From the NCBI GenBank assembly GCA_045647885.1, contig JAZRMX010000026.1, forward strand, positions 54,487 through 118,486: a stretch of DNA of 64,000 nucleotides. Reading direction: 5' to 3'. The notes beneath the pieces are model-generated. The model had not been told where the DNA came from. It made no database searches and was given only the letters and a program-made list of their open reading frames with translations. Position numbers and translations under genes: made by a program. Below are positions 1-9,104 of the stretch, piece by piece. Origin of the DNA: Bacteroidaceae bacterium. Its GTDB lineage: Bacteria; Bacteroidota; Bacteroidia; Bacteroidales; Bacteroidaceae. Each line of letters opens with the position of its first letter. Positions within the stretch are counted from its first letter, which is position 1.

Positions 1-643
1 AACCGCACTCGATTTTGCATTTGAAATACACAGCGAGCTTGGCGCGCACGCCCAGTATGCACGCATAAACGGCACCCTCTGTTCTGTGAAAACCGTACTG
101 AAACGTGGCGATTGTGTGGAGATAGGTCAAAATATGGCTGTTGAACCCAAACGCGACTGGTTGCAGCACGTTTCCACCTACAAAGCAAAATCGCACCTTA
201 ACCGCATACTTAACAAACAGCGCAAACTCCCTTACGAGCGTTGCGAGAACTGCCACCCCCTTCCCGGTGACGAGGTTATAGGCTTTGTCGATGAAAAAGG
301 CAATATAAAGGTGCATCGTCGCGACTGTAAGTCGGCCATACGCCTTGCATCGCAACGTGGCGACGATATTGTTGCTGTAAATTTTGAAGAGGATGCCGAT
401 TTCCTCTATCCCGTAAACGTGAACATCGTGGCGGTAGACCGCTATCACCTGCTCATAGACCTTATCGATTGTATCACGAACAAACTTAAACTGTCGCTGT
501 TGCATCTTCACACCGAGTGCCACGACGAAATTGTAAACTGCTCCGTAATCTTCTCGGTGCATTCGTCGGCAGAACTTCAGGAAGTTATCGCGAATGTCTC
601 TCAAATAGAGGGTGTGGACGAGGTGAGCCAGAGGATAGAGTAG
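1..643 (+). CDS. RelA/SpoT-family (p)ppGpp synthetase/hydrolase, C-terminal part (5'-truncated by window edge)
   Basis: The reading frame is open from position 2. It shows a TGS-like stretch 'LDFAFEIHSELGAHAQYARINGTLCSVKTVLKRGDCVEI' followed by an ACT-like C-terminus. No start codon lies inside the window. Confidence 0.85.
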   Translation, partial: TALDFAFEIHSELGAHAQYARINGTLCSVKTVLKRGDCVEIGQNMAVEPKRDWLQHVSTYKAKSHLNRILNKQRKLPYERCENCHPLPGDEVIGFVDEKGNIKVHRRDCKSAIRLASQRGDDIVAVNFEEDADFLYPVNVNIVAVDRYHLLIDLIDCITNKLKLSLLHLHTECHDEIVNCSVIFSVHSSAELQEVIANVSQIEGVDEVSQRIE

Positions 644-728
644 GGAGCGCGTATGAGAGCAACCGCAATGTGGTAGCCCACATATAAAATAGACAGAAAC
701 GGACAACCAGCGGGTTGTCCGTTTCTGT

Positions 729-1322
729 CTATAAAATCTCGGCAATGGTTATGCCATTGTTCTTTCCCACCACATAGCGCGTAACCCCGTCGTTGTTGAG
801 CGGGTTGCCGTTGCACATAATATTGTCGATATATAGCTGCTTTCCTTTTTCTATAATTGAGCACGAAAATTCATCCCCGGCTTTTATACTTGAATTAAGT
901 GCGTTTACAACCACGAAACGCCCGTTGCCTGTATGCTCAATTTCGCACAACCTGTCGGGCAACCAGCCAATTTTGACCCTTGTGCCGGGGGCAAGGTTGC
1001 TGCAAACGATGGCTTCGCTGCTCACAAAAACTTCTGATTCTCCTTTTTTCTCCTCTTTTGTTTTTGCACAAAAGTCGTTCCAATCTTTCGCACCGGTTAG
1101 CTGCGAGATAATGTTCAGAATCATTACAGAAATGCTGGCTCCTTTGCGAGTGGAGTAGCCCCACACTCTCTCGAGCGTGCTCACTGAAATGCGCTCTTTC
1201 AACCTTTCTTCTATAGTCTTCTGCAATTTGATAAAGAAGGTGTGCGATGTGCTTCCCCCAATCAGCTCCTCAATGCTTTTGCGCAAAGCCTCCATTTGTG
1301 GCGCGTCACTTTTTATATTCAT
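729..1322 (-). CDS. hypothetical protein (197 aa)
   Basis: Clean ORF divergent from the kinase gene. I cannot name any motif. The overlapping alternative-frame ORFs are shorter. Confidence 0.6.
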   Translation of the reverse strand: MNIKSDAPQMEALRKSIEELIGGSTSHTFFIKLQKTIEERLKERISVSTLERVWGYSTRKGASISVMILNIISQLTGAKDWNDFCAKTKEEKKGESEVFVSSEAIVCSNLAPGTRVKIGWLPDRLCEIEHTGNGRFVVVNALNSSIKAGDEFSCSIIEKGKQLYIDNIMCNGNPLNNDGVTRYVVGKNNGITIAEIL

Positions 1323-1409
1323 ATACTTTATGTTTTTTACAAAAATAACCCTTATATTTGAACGGCGTCAATTTTTTTTAATAAAAAGCGCAATTATAGT
1401 TTGTAAAAG

Positions 1410-2576
1410 ATGAAAGAAACAGTATCCGGTAGCGACACACTTACCCCGGTGAGTGCTCAGCTCGATTTTTCAACAACATACAACTCACCCGAAATTTATG
1501 CAGCCACATCCTCTGCAATGCTTTATCGTGTGCGCAAGGCCGGAAAATATTTCATTATAAAAACTCCAAAAAGTGGCGATGCCCGTTCTCTTTCTATGCT
1601 CAAGCGCGAGTATGAACTTTCCATAGGTAGGGCGCATCCCCATATTGTAAGTGTATTCACTTATGAACCCTCCACCATAGTGGGGTCGGGTATAGTAATG
1701 GAGTATATCGACGGGCGCAATTTAAAGGAATTTCTTGCCGAAAAGCCTTCCCTTGCAATGCGCCGCAGAGTACTGGGGCAGTTGTTGCAGGCTGTGGCAT
1801 ACATACACAGGAGTGGTCTTGTGCACAACGATATAAAGCCCGAAAATATAATGATAACCCGTGCCGATAATGATGTTAAACTCATAGACTTCGGCATAGC
1901 CGACAGCGACGCCTACTACCTTTCTCGCACGCTTGGCTGCACACCGCTTTATGCCTCGCCCGAGCTGCTTTCGCAGACAAGGGAGGTGGATGCGCGCAGC
2001 GATATATACTCGCTGGGCTTGATAATCAAAGAGCTCTTCCCCGGGCGACATTACTCGCGTGTGGTTTCGCGTTGCCTATATATAAATAAGGAGAAACGTT
2101 ACTCCAATGCCGAAGCTCTGCAACGCGCAGTGAGTCGTTATCATTATCCTTGCTATGCGTTCGCAGTTCTCCTTTTGTTATTGCTGGCCCTTTTGCCACT
2201 GTTTATGTATATGCGCGTGAGTAATGAACTTGCCGGCACGCAGCAGCACCTTCAGCAGCAACAGCGCATTATCGAAGAGAACAATGCGCGTGAGGCACAA
2301 AAGATAGCCTATGTGGACTCTGTAAAGAACATAATAAGGAGTCGTGTTGAAACAGCCTATAACCAAATACACGACTCCTTGAAAAATGAGCAGCCGCTTA
2401 CTCGAAGCAAATACCCCGACGTTTGCTCATCCTTTATGGTTAAAAGTTCTTGTATGGATATATGGAATGAGGGCAATGTGCCGTCGGAACATCTTGCCCA
2501 CCTCACTGCCTACGAAACATCTCTGAAAAACGAATATTTAGGGCGGTTCCTAAAGTCCGTAGGTTACGAAAAGTAG
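1410..2576 (+). CDS. Hanks-type serine/threonine protein kinase with one TM segment and a C-terminal domain
   Basis: Catalytic loop 'HNDIKPENIM', 'DFG' and 'SPE' motifs are present. A hydrophobic segment 'AFAVLLLLLLALLPLFMYM' is followed by a ~120-aa tail. Confidence 0.85.
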   Translation: MKETVSGSDTLTPVSAQLDFSTTYNSPEIYAATSSAMLYRVRKAGKYFIIKTPKSGDARSLSMLKREYELSIGRAHPHIVSVFTYEPSTIVGSGIVMEYIDGRNLKEFLAEKPSLAMRRRVLGQLLQAVAYIHRSGLVHNDIKPENIMITRADNDVKLIDFGIADSDAYYLSRTLGCTPLYASPELLSQTREVDARSDIYSLGLIIKELFPGRHYSRVVSRCLYINKEKRYSNAEALQRAVSRYHYPCYAFAVLLLLLLALLPLFMYMRVSNELAGTQQHLQQQQRIIEENNAREAQKIAYVDSVKNIIRSRVETAYNQIHDSLKNEQPLTRSKYPDVCSSFMVKSSCMDIWNEGNVPSEHLAHLTAYETSLKNEYLGRFLKSVGYEK

Positions 2577-3013
2577 CATATTTAATGTAAATGACAAAAA
2601 AAGACAAACTCTATTATTGTTTAATGCGTATATCTTTGCAATAGACAAAAAATGGAGGAGTAAATATATATAAAAAGCAATAGCCGATTAAAAAAACGGG
2701 GCGTTTCTTGCGTGTGTGTTTTTTTTAATATTAATTTGCTGAAAATACTGATAAACACGCGAGTGTTTGCCATTCTCGCTGATGAACCTAGGAAATTCAT
2801 TATCGATAAGAGAATCGCAAGCCCTGTCGCAATGTGTCGCGCATATATATGCGTGCGCTATTGGCGTAGGCTGTTGCTTTTTTCTTTATCACGGTTTTCC
2901 TAGGACCTATCAGCGGAAAAAAGACCAACAACCTGCGCTTTCTTTATGTCCGTACAATAAGGTCAAAGTCGCGGTTTGCTAAAGTTAAAGAGTCTATATT
3001 AAACCGTGATATT

Positions 3014-3580
3014 ATGAAAAACATTTCTTTAATTCTATTTCTTGGAGTGCTGCTCGCTGCTTGCAACCCTAAAGCCAAAATGGTGGAAGAGGCTTTTGGT
3101 AAAATGGAGGATATGTCACAGATTGGTACTGTGGAATACACCATTACAAAGCTGATTATTGCCAACGACAATTCTCTCTTCAAGTTCGGAGACAGAAAAA
3201 TTGTGTTCTCTTGCAAGGCTACAATGAAAGCCGGCATCAATTTGAAAGATTTTTCAAAGGAGGATGTTGAAATCACCAATAATGGTAAAAACGTAACTTT
3301 AAATCTCCCTTATCCCAAAGTGTTGGCATTTAATATGCCTGCCGACCAGGTGAAACTCGAATACTCAAAAGTGAGCGGTATGCGCGATGGTTATAACACC
3401 GAAGAGCGTAACGAACTTCTTAAGCAGGGCGAGGCTGCAATCCTCTCCGATGCATCAACAATTGGTATTATTGAGGACGCAAAAAAGAATGCAACCGACT
3501 TTTTTACAATGTTGCTTGCTCACTGCCAATTCGAAAATATAAATGTATGTTTCAAAGATACTACAACTGTAAAAAAATAA
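3014..3580 (+). CDS. DUF4230-like lipoprotein
   Basis: Lipobox 'LLAACN'. The core 'ATMKAGINLKDFSKEDVEITNNGKNVTLNLPYPKVL' matches my memory of the DUF4230 pattern (xGxDL ... LP xP xI). Confidence 0.7.
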   Translation: MKNISLILFLGVLLAACNPKAKMVEEAFGKMEDMSQIGTVEYTITKLIIANDNSLFKFGDRKIVFSCKATMKAGINLKDFSKEDVEITNNGKNVTLNLPYPKVLAFNMPADQVKLEYSKVSGMRDGYNTEERNELLKQGEAAILSDASTIGIIEDAKKNATDFFTMLLAHCQFENINVCFKDTTTVKK

Positions 3581-3583
3581 GTT

Positions 3584-4720
3584 ATGAGCATGTTTGATAA
3601 AATAGCCAAAAAAGTTGTTGGTGGTGCTGTGAGTAAAGTTGCAGAAAGCGCAAAAGAAAAGATTGAAAAAGCAGCAGAGACAGTTGTGGACAAAGCTGTA
3701 GATAAAGCAACAGAAGCTGTTATTGACAAAATGGGTGTTGCTTCTTCGGGCGAAGAACCCTCTACACCCAGCCCTTCACAAACAAGTGACGACAATAAAG
3801 AATGCAAAGTATCCAATGTTGTCGATGCAACTACTAAAATTGCCGATAATGTTACAAAAATTGCCGATACAGCATCAAAAGTTGCCAATGTCGTAGGTAC
3901 AGCAACGTCTGTCGGTGGTGCAGTTATGGGTGGAGTTGCAACCCCCATATTCGCACAGTTACCGGTTATTATAGGTATAATATTGCTTGTTGGTTCCTTA
4001 ACAACATTTTTGGTTGTTAACCCGTTTGGGTGGGACTACAACAATATCTTCGGTGGCGCTCCCAAGATTGAGAAGACTGCTAATGTAGTAGAAAAAGTAC
4101 GTAAAATATCGGAGTTTACAACAGCTTGTTACTATGAGGAGTATGTAATCAAAAACGAGAAATTAGGCGAGGAGAAAAGTTTCTTCTCTTCAAAAGTAGA
4201 TACCGTGAACTACGAGGTGGTGATAACCGTAAAAGGTTCCGTGCGTGCAGGCTTCGACCTCTCGGCTTTGGGAGAGCAAGATCTTATTGTAAGAGGCGAT
4301 ACCATAGATATCAAACTACCTGCTCCCCAAGTGTTCGATGTAATAAGTAACCCGTCGGACTACAAGATATTTGTAGAGACCGGCAAGTGGGAACACGACG
4401 AGATTGTAGCTATGCAGTCAAAGGGTAGAGAGCACACCCTCAACAATGCGCTCAACAGCAACCTCTTGCAGCGTGCCAACAAGGTGGGTAAAGAACGCAT
4501 CACAGCATTGTTCAACAACTTTGGATTCTCTGTAGTGAATGTAACCCTCACAGAGCCTGCTGCAGCACCCGAAGAGGTTGCCGAGGAAACAACCTCACCT
4601 GAAGAAACCATAGCTGCAGAAACCGAAGCCGTTGCCACCGACAGTATAGCAACTGCTACAGCACCCGAAGATGTTGTTGCTGCCGATAGCGCAACCGTTG
4701 AAGCTCCCACAGTTGAGTAA
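3584..4720 (+). CDS. DUF4230-domain membrane protein with Ala/Lys-rich N-terminal repeats and an acidic Ala/Thr/Glu-rich tail
   Basis: TM segment 'LPVIIGIILLVGSLTTFLVV'. The core 'VKGSVRAGFDLSALGEQDLIVRGDTIDIKLPAPQVF' is paralogous to the preceding gene. Only 3 nt separate it from that gene. Confidence 0.7.
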   Translation: MSMFDKIAKKVVGGAVSKVAESAKEKIEKAAETVVDKAVDKATEAVIDKMGVASSGEEPSTPSPSQTSDDNKECKVSNVVDATTKIADNVTKIADTASKVANVVGTATSVGGAVMGGVATPIFAQLPVIIGIILLVGSLTTFLVVNPFGWDYNNIFGGAPKIEKTANVVEKVRKISEFTTACYYEEYVIKNEKLGEEKSFFSSKVDTVNYEVVITVKGSVRAGFDLSALGEQDLIVRGDTIDIKLPAPQVFDVISNPSDYKIFVETGKWEHDEIVAMQSKGREHTLNNALNSNLLQRANKVGKERITALFNNFGFSVVNVTLTEPAAAPEEVAEETTSPEETIAAETEAVATDSIATATAPEDVVAADSATVEAPTVE

Positions 4721-4759
4721 TTGAAGCATTAATTAAAAAAACTTACAAATATTACTATT

Positions 4760-6055
4760 ATGGCAGATTTTATTTTGGATGGACGTACAAAAGTAAAGAC
4801 CATCAAAGCCGAATTTAAGGCAAATTTCGGAGCTACACTCCGCGTATATACAAATATTGCGTGCGAAGGTGAGCAGGCGAGTGACGATGCAACACTTGCT
4901 TCAATCCGTGCCGAAGGATACTCGGGTGGTGAACTTAATGTAAAGGGAAATATGAAGGTTGCGACTTTTGAGAAGAAAGTTGCCGAACTCTACGGTATTG
5001 GTGTTCAAGTTGCCAACGCCGACGATACAGAATTTGCCGACGATGCAGCAACACTTATGGGAGCAGCAACAACCTCATCGGCAACAAGCGGTCACGCCCA
5101 CGCTATTGAGACTCCTGCAACAGCCGAGGCCGGTCCCAATGTAGAGGTGAGTGCTCTTGAAAGTGCATCGGCAAAGGTTAGAGTTTATGGTAAAGCTCAA
5201 AACCGTACAGCATTGGGTATTGCTCACGCATACATGGTAATGTACCCCCACGCGACATTAGAAGACTTGCGTAAGGCATTCCCAAACTCACTAAACCCAG
5301 ATTCCGGTGTAAAAGAGAACTTCATTTATGCCGACGAGAAAGGATCGAACAATTGGAATGGTTACTTTAAGAGTGATGATGAAGTGATTACCACAGGTGA
5401 TGGTAAAAAAGTTGCAGTTGTACAGTTGTGGACAAAGCCTAGCTTTGAGCGTATTGTTGCTCACGCACGTGCTTACGATATAGTTGTTGCCAAGTTCGAG
5501 GCAGCCGACAAAGGAGGCAAAAAGGGTGGTTTCCGTCTCGAATACCTCAACGGCTATGTTCCCCCTGTACCCTCGAAGAAAAAAGGCTTCCTGTGGTTGT
5601 GGCTTCTCATTCTTCTTTTGCTTGCTCTTGGTCTCGCAATATTCTTTGCAACCCGCAAACCCGAGGTTGTAGAGGTAGAGAAGATTGTTGAGGTTGAAAA
5701 AATTGTATATGTAGAGCGCATTGAGGAGATTGAAAAAGACTTCAACGCAGCAACATTCATTGCCGGCAAAGCCGACCTTTCCGACGATGCCAAGTTTGTT
5801 CTTCACGACCTTGCCAAGGAGATGGCAAAGCACCCCGAGGTTAAGTTGCGCATCGTAGGCCACACCTCTTCAGAGGGCGACCCTGCGTTCAACCAGAAAC
5901 TTTCCGAGGAGCGCGCACTGGCTGCAGTAGACTTCCTTGTAGGTCGTGGAGTTGACCCCGCACGCCTCCAGTCCGAGGGAAAAGGTTCTTCAGAGCCCAT
6001 TGACGAGAACAACCTCGAGGCTAACCGTCGTACAGAATTCATTATTATTGAGTAA
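4760..6055 (+). CDS. Fusion protein: N-terminal double 'KVKTLK..F..FG..LRVY' module, unknown middle domain, TM segment and C-terminal OmpA-like peptidoglycan-binding domain
   Basis: The first ~100 aa are roughly 65% identical by eye to the 104-aa proteins at 7369 and 8768. TM segment 'FLWLWLLILLLLALGLAIFFA'. OmpA_C-like 'RIVGHTSSEGDPAFNQKLSEERALAAVDFLV..RRTEF'. Confidence 0.8.
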   Translation: MADFILDGRTKVKTIKAEFKANFGATLRVYTNIACEGEQASDDATLASIRAEGYSGGELNVKGNMKVATFEKKVAELYGIGVQVANADDTEFADDAATLMGAATTSSATSGHAHAIETPATAEAGPNVEVSALESASAKVRVYGKAQNRTALGIAHAYMVMYPHATLEDLRKAFPNSLNPDSGVKENFIYADEKGSNNWNGYFKSDDEVITTGDGKKVAVVQLWTKPSFERIVAHARAYDIVVAKFEAADKGGKKGGFRLEYLNGYVPPVPSKKKGFLWLWLLILLLLALGLAIFFATRKPEVVEVEKIVEVEKIVYVERIEEIEKDFNAATFIAGKADLSDDAKFVLHDLAKEMAKHPEVKLRIVGHTSSEGDPAFNQKLSEERALAAVDFLVGRGVDPARLQSEGKGSSEPIDENNLEANRRTEFIIIE

Positions 6056-6074
6056 TATTAAAAAACTTAAAGTT

Positions 6075-6209
6075 ATGGCAGTTAAAAAAACAAAAGACGG
6101 TACAGTTGACAAACGTACCAAAGAGGGAAAAGCTATTGCTGAGCGTATGGCAAAGGCACGTGCCGAAAAGAACAGCCTCAAAAACAGAATTAAAAGATGG
6201 TTTAAGTAA
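6075..6209 (+). CDS. small highly basic protein (44 aa), hypothetical
   Basis: ATG at 6075 is preceded by the same AAAACTTA A-rich leader seen before neighbouring genes. Sequence: 'MAVKKTKDGTVDKRTKEGKAIAERMAKARAEKNSLKNRIKRWFK'. Too short for strong support. Confidence 0.4.
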   Translation: MAVKKTKDGTVDKRTKEGKAIAERMAKARAEKNSLKNRIKRWFK

Positions 6210-6225
6210 CATTTTGACTACTATT

Positions 6226-6636
6226 ATGAATACAGAAATGAAACATATTGCCGCTTTGGTGGCAACATCAATATGGGCCGACGGCCAGTACGACGAAGCA
6301 GAGAAAATTGCTGTAGGCGAGATTGCCGACGCCTTTGAACTTAATGCCGACGAATTTGCAGCAGCAGTGGACAGTGAACTTGCCCTCATTGAGCCTATGA
6401 GCGAGGAAGAGGTAAACGTTTACATCCTTGAGCATTCGGCCGAAGTGGAGGAGGAAGAGGCCGAAATGTTGCTTCAGGCAGTTCTTCAGGTAGTAATTGT
6501 CAATGGCATCCTTGGCGAAGAAGAGGTAGAGAATGTACTCGCAATAGCTTCGGCACTTGGTATCAACGACTCACGCGCAGTGCTTATGCTTGCCGACCTT
6601 GTAAAAGAGGAACCCGAACTCCAGATTGAATTTTAA
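6226..6636 (+). CDS. TerB-like (tellurite-resistance TerB fold) acidic protein
   Basis: 'IAALVATSIWADGQYDEAEKIAVGEIAD' resembles the TerB 'ADG...E' helix pair. The start is set at ATG 6226 (MNTEMK), because the longer ORF from 6106 overlaps the preceding small gene. Confidence 0.5.
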   Translation: MNTEMKHIAALVATSIWADGQYDEAEKIAVGEIADAFELNADEFAAAVDSELALIEPMSEEEVNVYILEHSAEVEEEEAEMLLQAVLQVVIVNGILGEEEVENVLAIASALGINDSRAVLMLADLVKEEPELQIEF

Positions 6637-6720
6637 GAAGTTGTTTTAATCACAAATAGCCCCAGGCAAGAGTGAAACCTTACCGGGGCACACACATAAC
6701 CAAACATATATAAAATTACT

Positions 6721-6909
6721 ATGATACTTTTTGATATTGGCGCAGTATTGTTTTTGACAGGGCTCATATGGATAGTATGGTTCCTCATAAAAAGACTCTT
6801 TAGCGTAGTAATAGTTTCAATTGTTGTATCGCTTATTGGTGGCCTTCTAATGTTGATAGCCCACTATATAGTGATGGGAAACACATCTATTTTCGACAAA
6901 TACATATAA
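6721..6909 (+). CDS. small membrane protein (62 aa, two predicted TM segments)
   Basis: Two hydrophobic stretches, 'ILFDIGAVLFLTGLIWIVWFL' and 'VVIVSIVVSLIGGLLMLIAHYIV'. Same strand as the cluster. Confidence 0.5.
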   Translation: MILFDIGAVLFLTGLIWIVWFLIKRLFSVVIVSIVVSLIGGLLMLIAHYIVMGNTSIFDKYI

Positions 6910-6935
6910 TATAATTAACAAACAAGACAGACACT

Positions 6936-7298
6936 ATGGGACTTTTAAACAACATTTTGGACAGTTTCAAGAACGCAGAATTCACTGTAGCTCCTCAGAA
7001 GAAGCTCAAAACTATTTCGGCCGACTTTAAGAAGGCATTCGACCTAACCCTTGTATTCTACAAAGGTGTGCAGATAGCCGATGGTGAGCTTACCCTCGCT
7101 GCTCTCAACAAGAAGACCACAAAGGATGTGAAAAGCACAGCCGATGGCCTCAAGATTAAGGCAAGTATGAAGGTGGGTGATGCCGAGAAACTCTTCGACA
7201 CAAACTTTGGTGTAACCGTGCAGATAAAAGACAAGAGCGGTGCCAAACTCGTTCCCAATGAGATAACCATTGGCCAGGCTGCACGCGGCGAGTATTAA
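6936..7298 (+). CDS. divergent member of the double-module family (120 aa)
   Basis: Contains two module copies, 'KKLKTISADFKKAFDLTLVFY' and 'MKVGDAEKLFDTNFGVTVQIK', each followed by a 'xTL/TI' turn. Confidence 0.7.
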   Translation: MGLLNNILDSFKNAEFTVAPQKKLKTISADFKKAFDLTLVFYKGVQIADGELTLAALNKKTTKDVKSTADGLKIKASMKVGDAEKLFDTNFGVTVQIKDKSGAKLVPNEITIGQAARGEY

Positions 7299-7368
7299 AT
7301 AATGACTTTAATATTGTATAACTACAAATTTATAACTTTTTGGCTAACCATTAAAAACTTAAAACATT

Positions 7369-7683
7369 ATGGCAGAATTTAAATTGGATGGCCGTATGAA
7401 GGTCAAGACCTTGAAAGAGAATTTCAAAAAGAACTTTGGTAGCACATTGCGCGTGTACAAGAGCGTTACTTGCAAGGGTGCTATGGCTGACGATGATGCA
7501 ACATTGGCTTCACTCCGTGCCGAGGGTAAGACTGGTGGTGAGCTTACAGTAGGTGGCAACCTCCGCGTTGGTAACTTCGAGAAGAAGATTGCCGAGCTCT
7601 ACGGTATAGGTGTTCAGGTAGCTAACGCTGACGACAGCAAGCTTGCCGACAACGATATTACTCTTGTTGCTGCAGGTAAATAA
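7369..7683 (+). CDS. double-module family protein (104 aa), copy 1
   Basis: 'GRMKVKTLKENFKKNFGSTLRVY' and 'GNLRVGNFEKKIAELYGIGVQVA'. The protein is 100% identical to the product of 8768..9082. Confidence 0.8.
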   Translation: MAEFKLDGRMKVKTLKENFKKNFGSTLRVYKSVTCKGAMADDDATLASLRAEGKTGGELTVGGNLRVGNFEKKIAELYGIGVQVANADDSKLADNDITLVAAGK

Positions 7684-7705
7684 TCGTTAAAACCCGTATT
7701 AAGGT

Positions 7706-7729
7706 ATGCAGGGCTTGGTTGCCCTGCAT
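7706..7729 (+). terminator. 9-bp GC-rich hairpin downstream of the 104-aa gene (no U-tract)
   Basis: ATGCAGGGC-ttggtt-GCCCTGCAT lies 23 nt after the stop. It lacks a T-run, so its terminator role is tentative. Confidence 0.45.
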
Positions 7730-7806
7730 ATCACTAAAAAACAAATTGTTTTCATAAAAGGGTTATTCGCTTTATGCAGCTTTATTTATAACTCACAAAA
7801 TTTAGA

Positions 7807-8733
7807 ATGGTGGCAAAGTTAAAAGACATATCAGCTAAGGATGCAGCGACTCACCTCAAAGAGGTGCAAGATGTATTTAATCTCCTTGCGAAAAAGGATG
7901 TTTACAAATCTGGATTTTCAGAAGATAAAGGGGCTATATCAAAGGTCTTTAAAAGCATCAAGGAAGTGAGCAAAACAGACATCCTTGTTCGTCTTACACT
8001 CATTGATAGTATGTACTCTACTCAGATGAGTCGTCGCTACTATGCCCTCGATGAGTTGGCTACGGCTTTGTTTAAACTGTCGGGCGGGAAAGATGGTAAG
8101 TTAGAACAGATGTTCCTTGATTTTGCTGCTGCACCTGAGCAAAAAGTGCATCTTTTTGACTACGAGGAGAGAGACGATAAAGGAAATATCGTGTGTAAAA
8201 ACCTATTTTCTGAATGCTATGGAATTGGTAAAGGTGGTGCCGACAAAGGTGTTGCTATCTCCCTTATAAGCAAGTATGCATACTTTGAAACCAATTTCAA
8301 ATTCCCTATCTATGACTCTATTGCTTGCGAAATATATCCATTAGTTTGGCACTTTTGTGGTTTTGGAAAAGATAAGCCCAAACTCATACATAGTGAAAAT
8401 GGAAAAGTAGTTGGTGACAGGACAATGGTAGAGTATGTTAAAGCGATAAACCTGCTAATAGATAAGATAGATTGCAAAGAAGTTAACTACGACTTGCTCG
8501 ATCGTTTCCTGTGGTTCGTGGGCAAGATTCGTCGAGGCAATCTCTCCCTGGTTTTGTCGCGTGAGGAGTATATAGCCACTATAAACATATTCAAAGCACA
8601 AAACGTAACCGAAGAATCAAGTGAGTACTTTAATATTGAAAAGGTAGATTTGAGTAAACTTACATATTTGAAGAAAAACTCTTTGTTGTATAAGTTTTTT
8701 GAATTTGCAAGAATTTACGGACATAAGAAATAA
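7807..8733 (+). CDS. hypothetical protein (308 aa), AT-rich cargo between the direct repeats
   Basis: Clean ORF. Spot counts of 60-nt lines give about 32-45% GC, against about 50% for most neighbouring genes. Motifs 'SLISKYAYFETNFKFPIYDS' and 'LDRFLWFVGK' remind me weakly of OGG-fold/HhH-like uncharacterised families. Confidence 0.7.
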   Translation: MVAKLKDISAKDAATHLKEVQDVFNLLAKKDVYKSGFSEDKGAISKVFKSIKEVSKTDILVRLTLIDSMYSTQMSRRYYALDELATALFKLSGGKDGKLEQMFLDFAAAPEQKVHLFDYEERDDKGNIVCKNLFSECYGIGKGGADKGVAISLISKYAYFETNFKFPIYDSIACEIYPLVWHFCGFGKDKPKLIHSENGKVVGDRTMVEYVKAINLLIDKIDCKEVNYDLLDRFLWFVGKIRRGNLSLVLSREEYIATINIFKAQNVTEESSEYFNIEKVDLSKLTYLKKNSLLYKFFEFARIYGHKK

Positions 8734-8767
8734 GAGCATTTATTAACCATTAAAAACTTAAAACATT

Positions 8768-9082
8768 ATGGCAGAATTTAAATTGGATGGCCGTATGAAG
8801 GTCAAGACCTTGAAAGAGAACTTCAAAAAGAACTTTGGTAGCACATTGCGCGTGTACAAGAGCGTTACTTGCAAGGGTGCTATGGCTGACGATGATGCAA
8901 CACTTGCTTCACTCCGTGCCGAGGGTAAGACTGGTGGTGAGCTTACTGTAGGTGGCAACCTCCGCGTTGGTAACTTCGAGAAGAAGATTGCCGAGCTCTA
9001 CGGTATTGGTGTTCAGGTAGCTAACGCTGACGACAGCAAGCTTGCCGACAACGATATTACTCTTGTTGCTGCAGGTAAATAA
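8768..9082 (+). CDS. double-module family protein (104 aa), copy 2
   Basis: Identical protein to 7369..7683. The five nucleotide differences within the CDS are all synonymous. Confidence 0.8.
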   Translation: MAEFKLDGRMKVKTLKENFKKNFGSTLRVYKSVTCKGAMADDDATLASLRAEGKTGGELTVGGNLRVGNFEKKIAELYGIGVQVANADDSKLADNDITLVAAGK

Positions 9083-9104
9083 TCGTTAAAACCCGTATTA
9101 AGGT

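Larger units (their letters stand above)
7345..7736 (+). repeat. 392-bp direct repeat, copy 1 (leader + 104-aa gene + hairpin)
   Basis: Aligns base-for-base with 8744..9135 at an offset of 1399 nt. I found only 6 mismatches, at 7422, 7504, 7506, 7548, 7608 and 7719. Confidence 0.95.

Noticed and set aside
2888-3010. 10-bp inverted repeat ATCACGGTTT ... AAACCGTGAT flanking 103 nt upstream of the first DUF4230 gene
   Set aside because: A single short repeat with a large loop could be chance. I could not see any supporting secondary structure or conservation.
3520-3948. 142-aa antisense ORF over the low-complexity N-terminus of the second DUF4230 gene
   Set aside because: Ala/Thr/Ser-rich antisense translation of a GC-skewed repeat region. 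The plus-strand gene continues into a recognisable domain.
7359-7559. 66-aa antisense ORFs inside both copies of the duplicated gene (also 8758..8958)
   Set aside because: The two copies differ at the protein level in this frame (N versus S), while every difference is synonymous in the sense frame. Selection therefore acts on the plus-strand gene.
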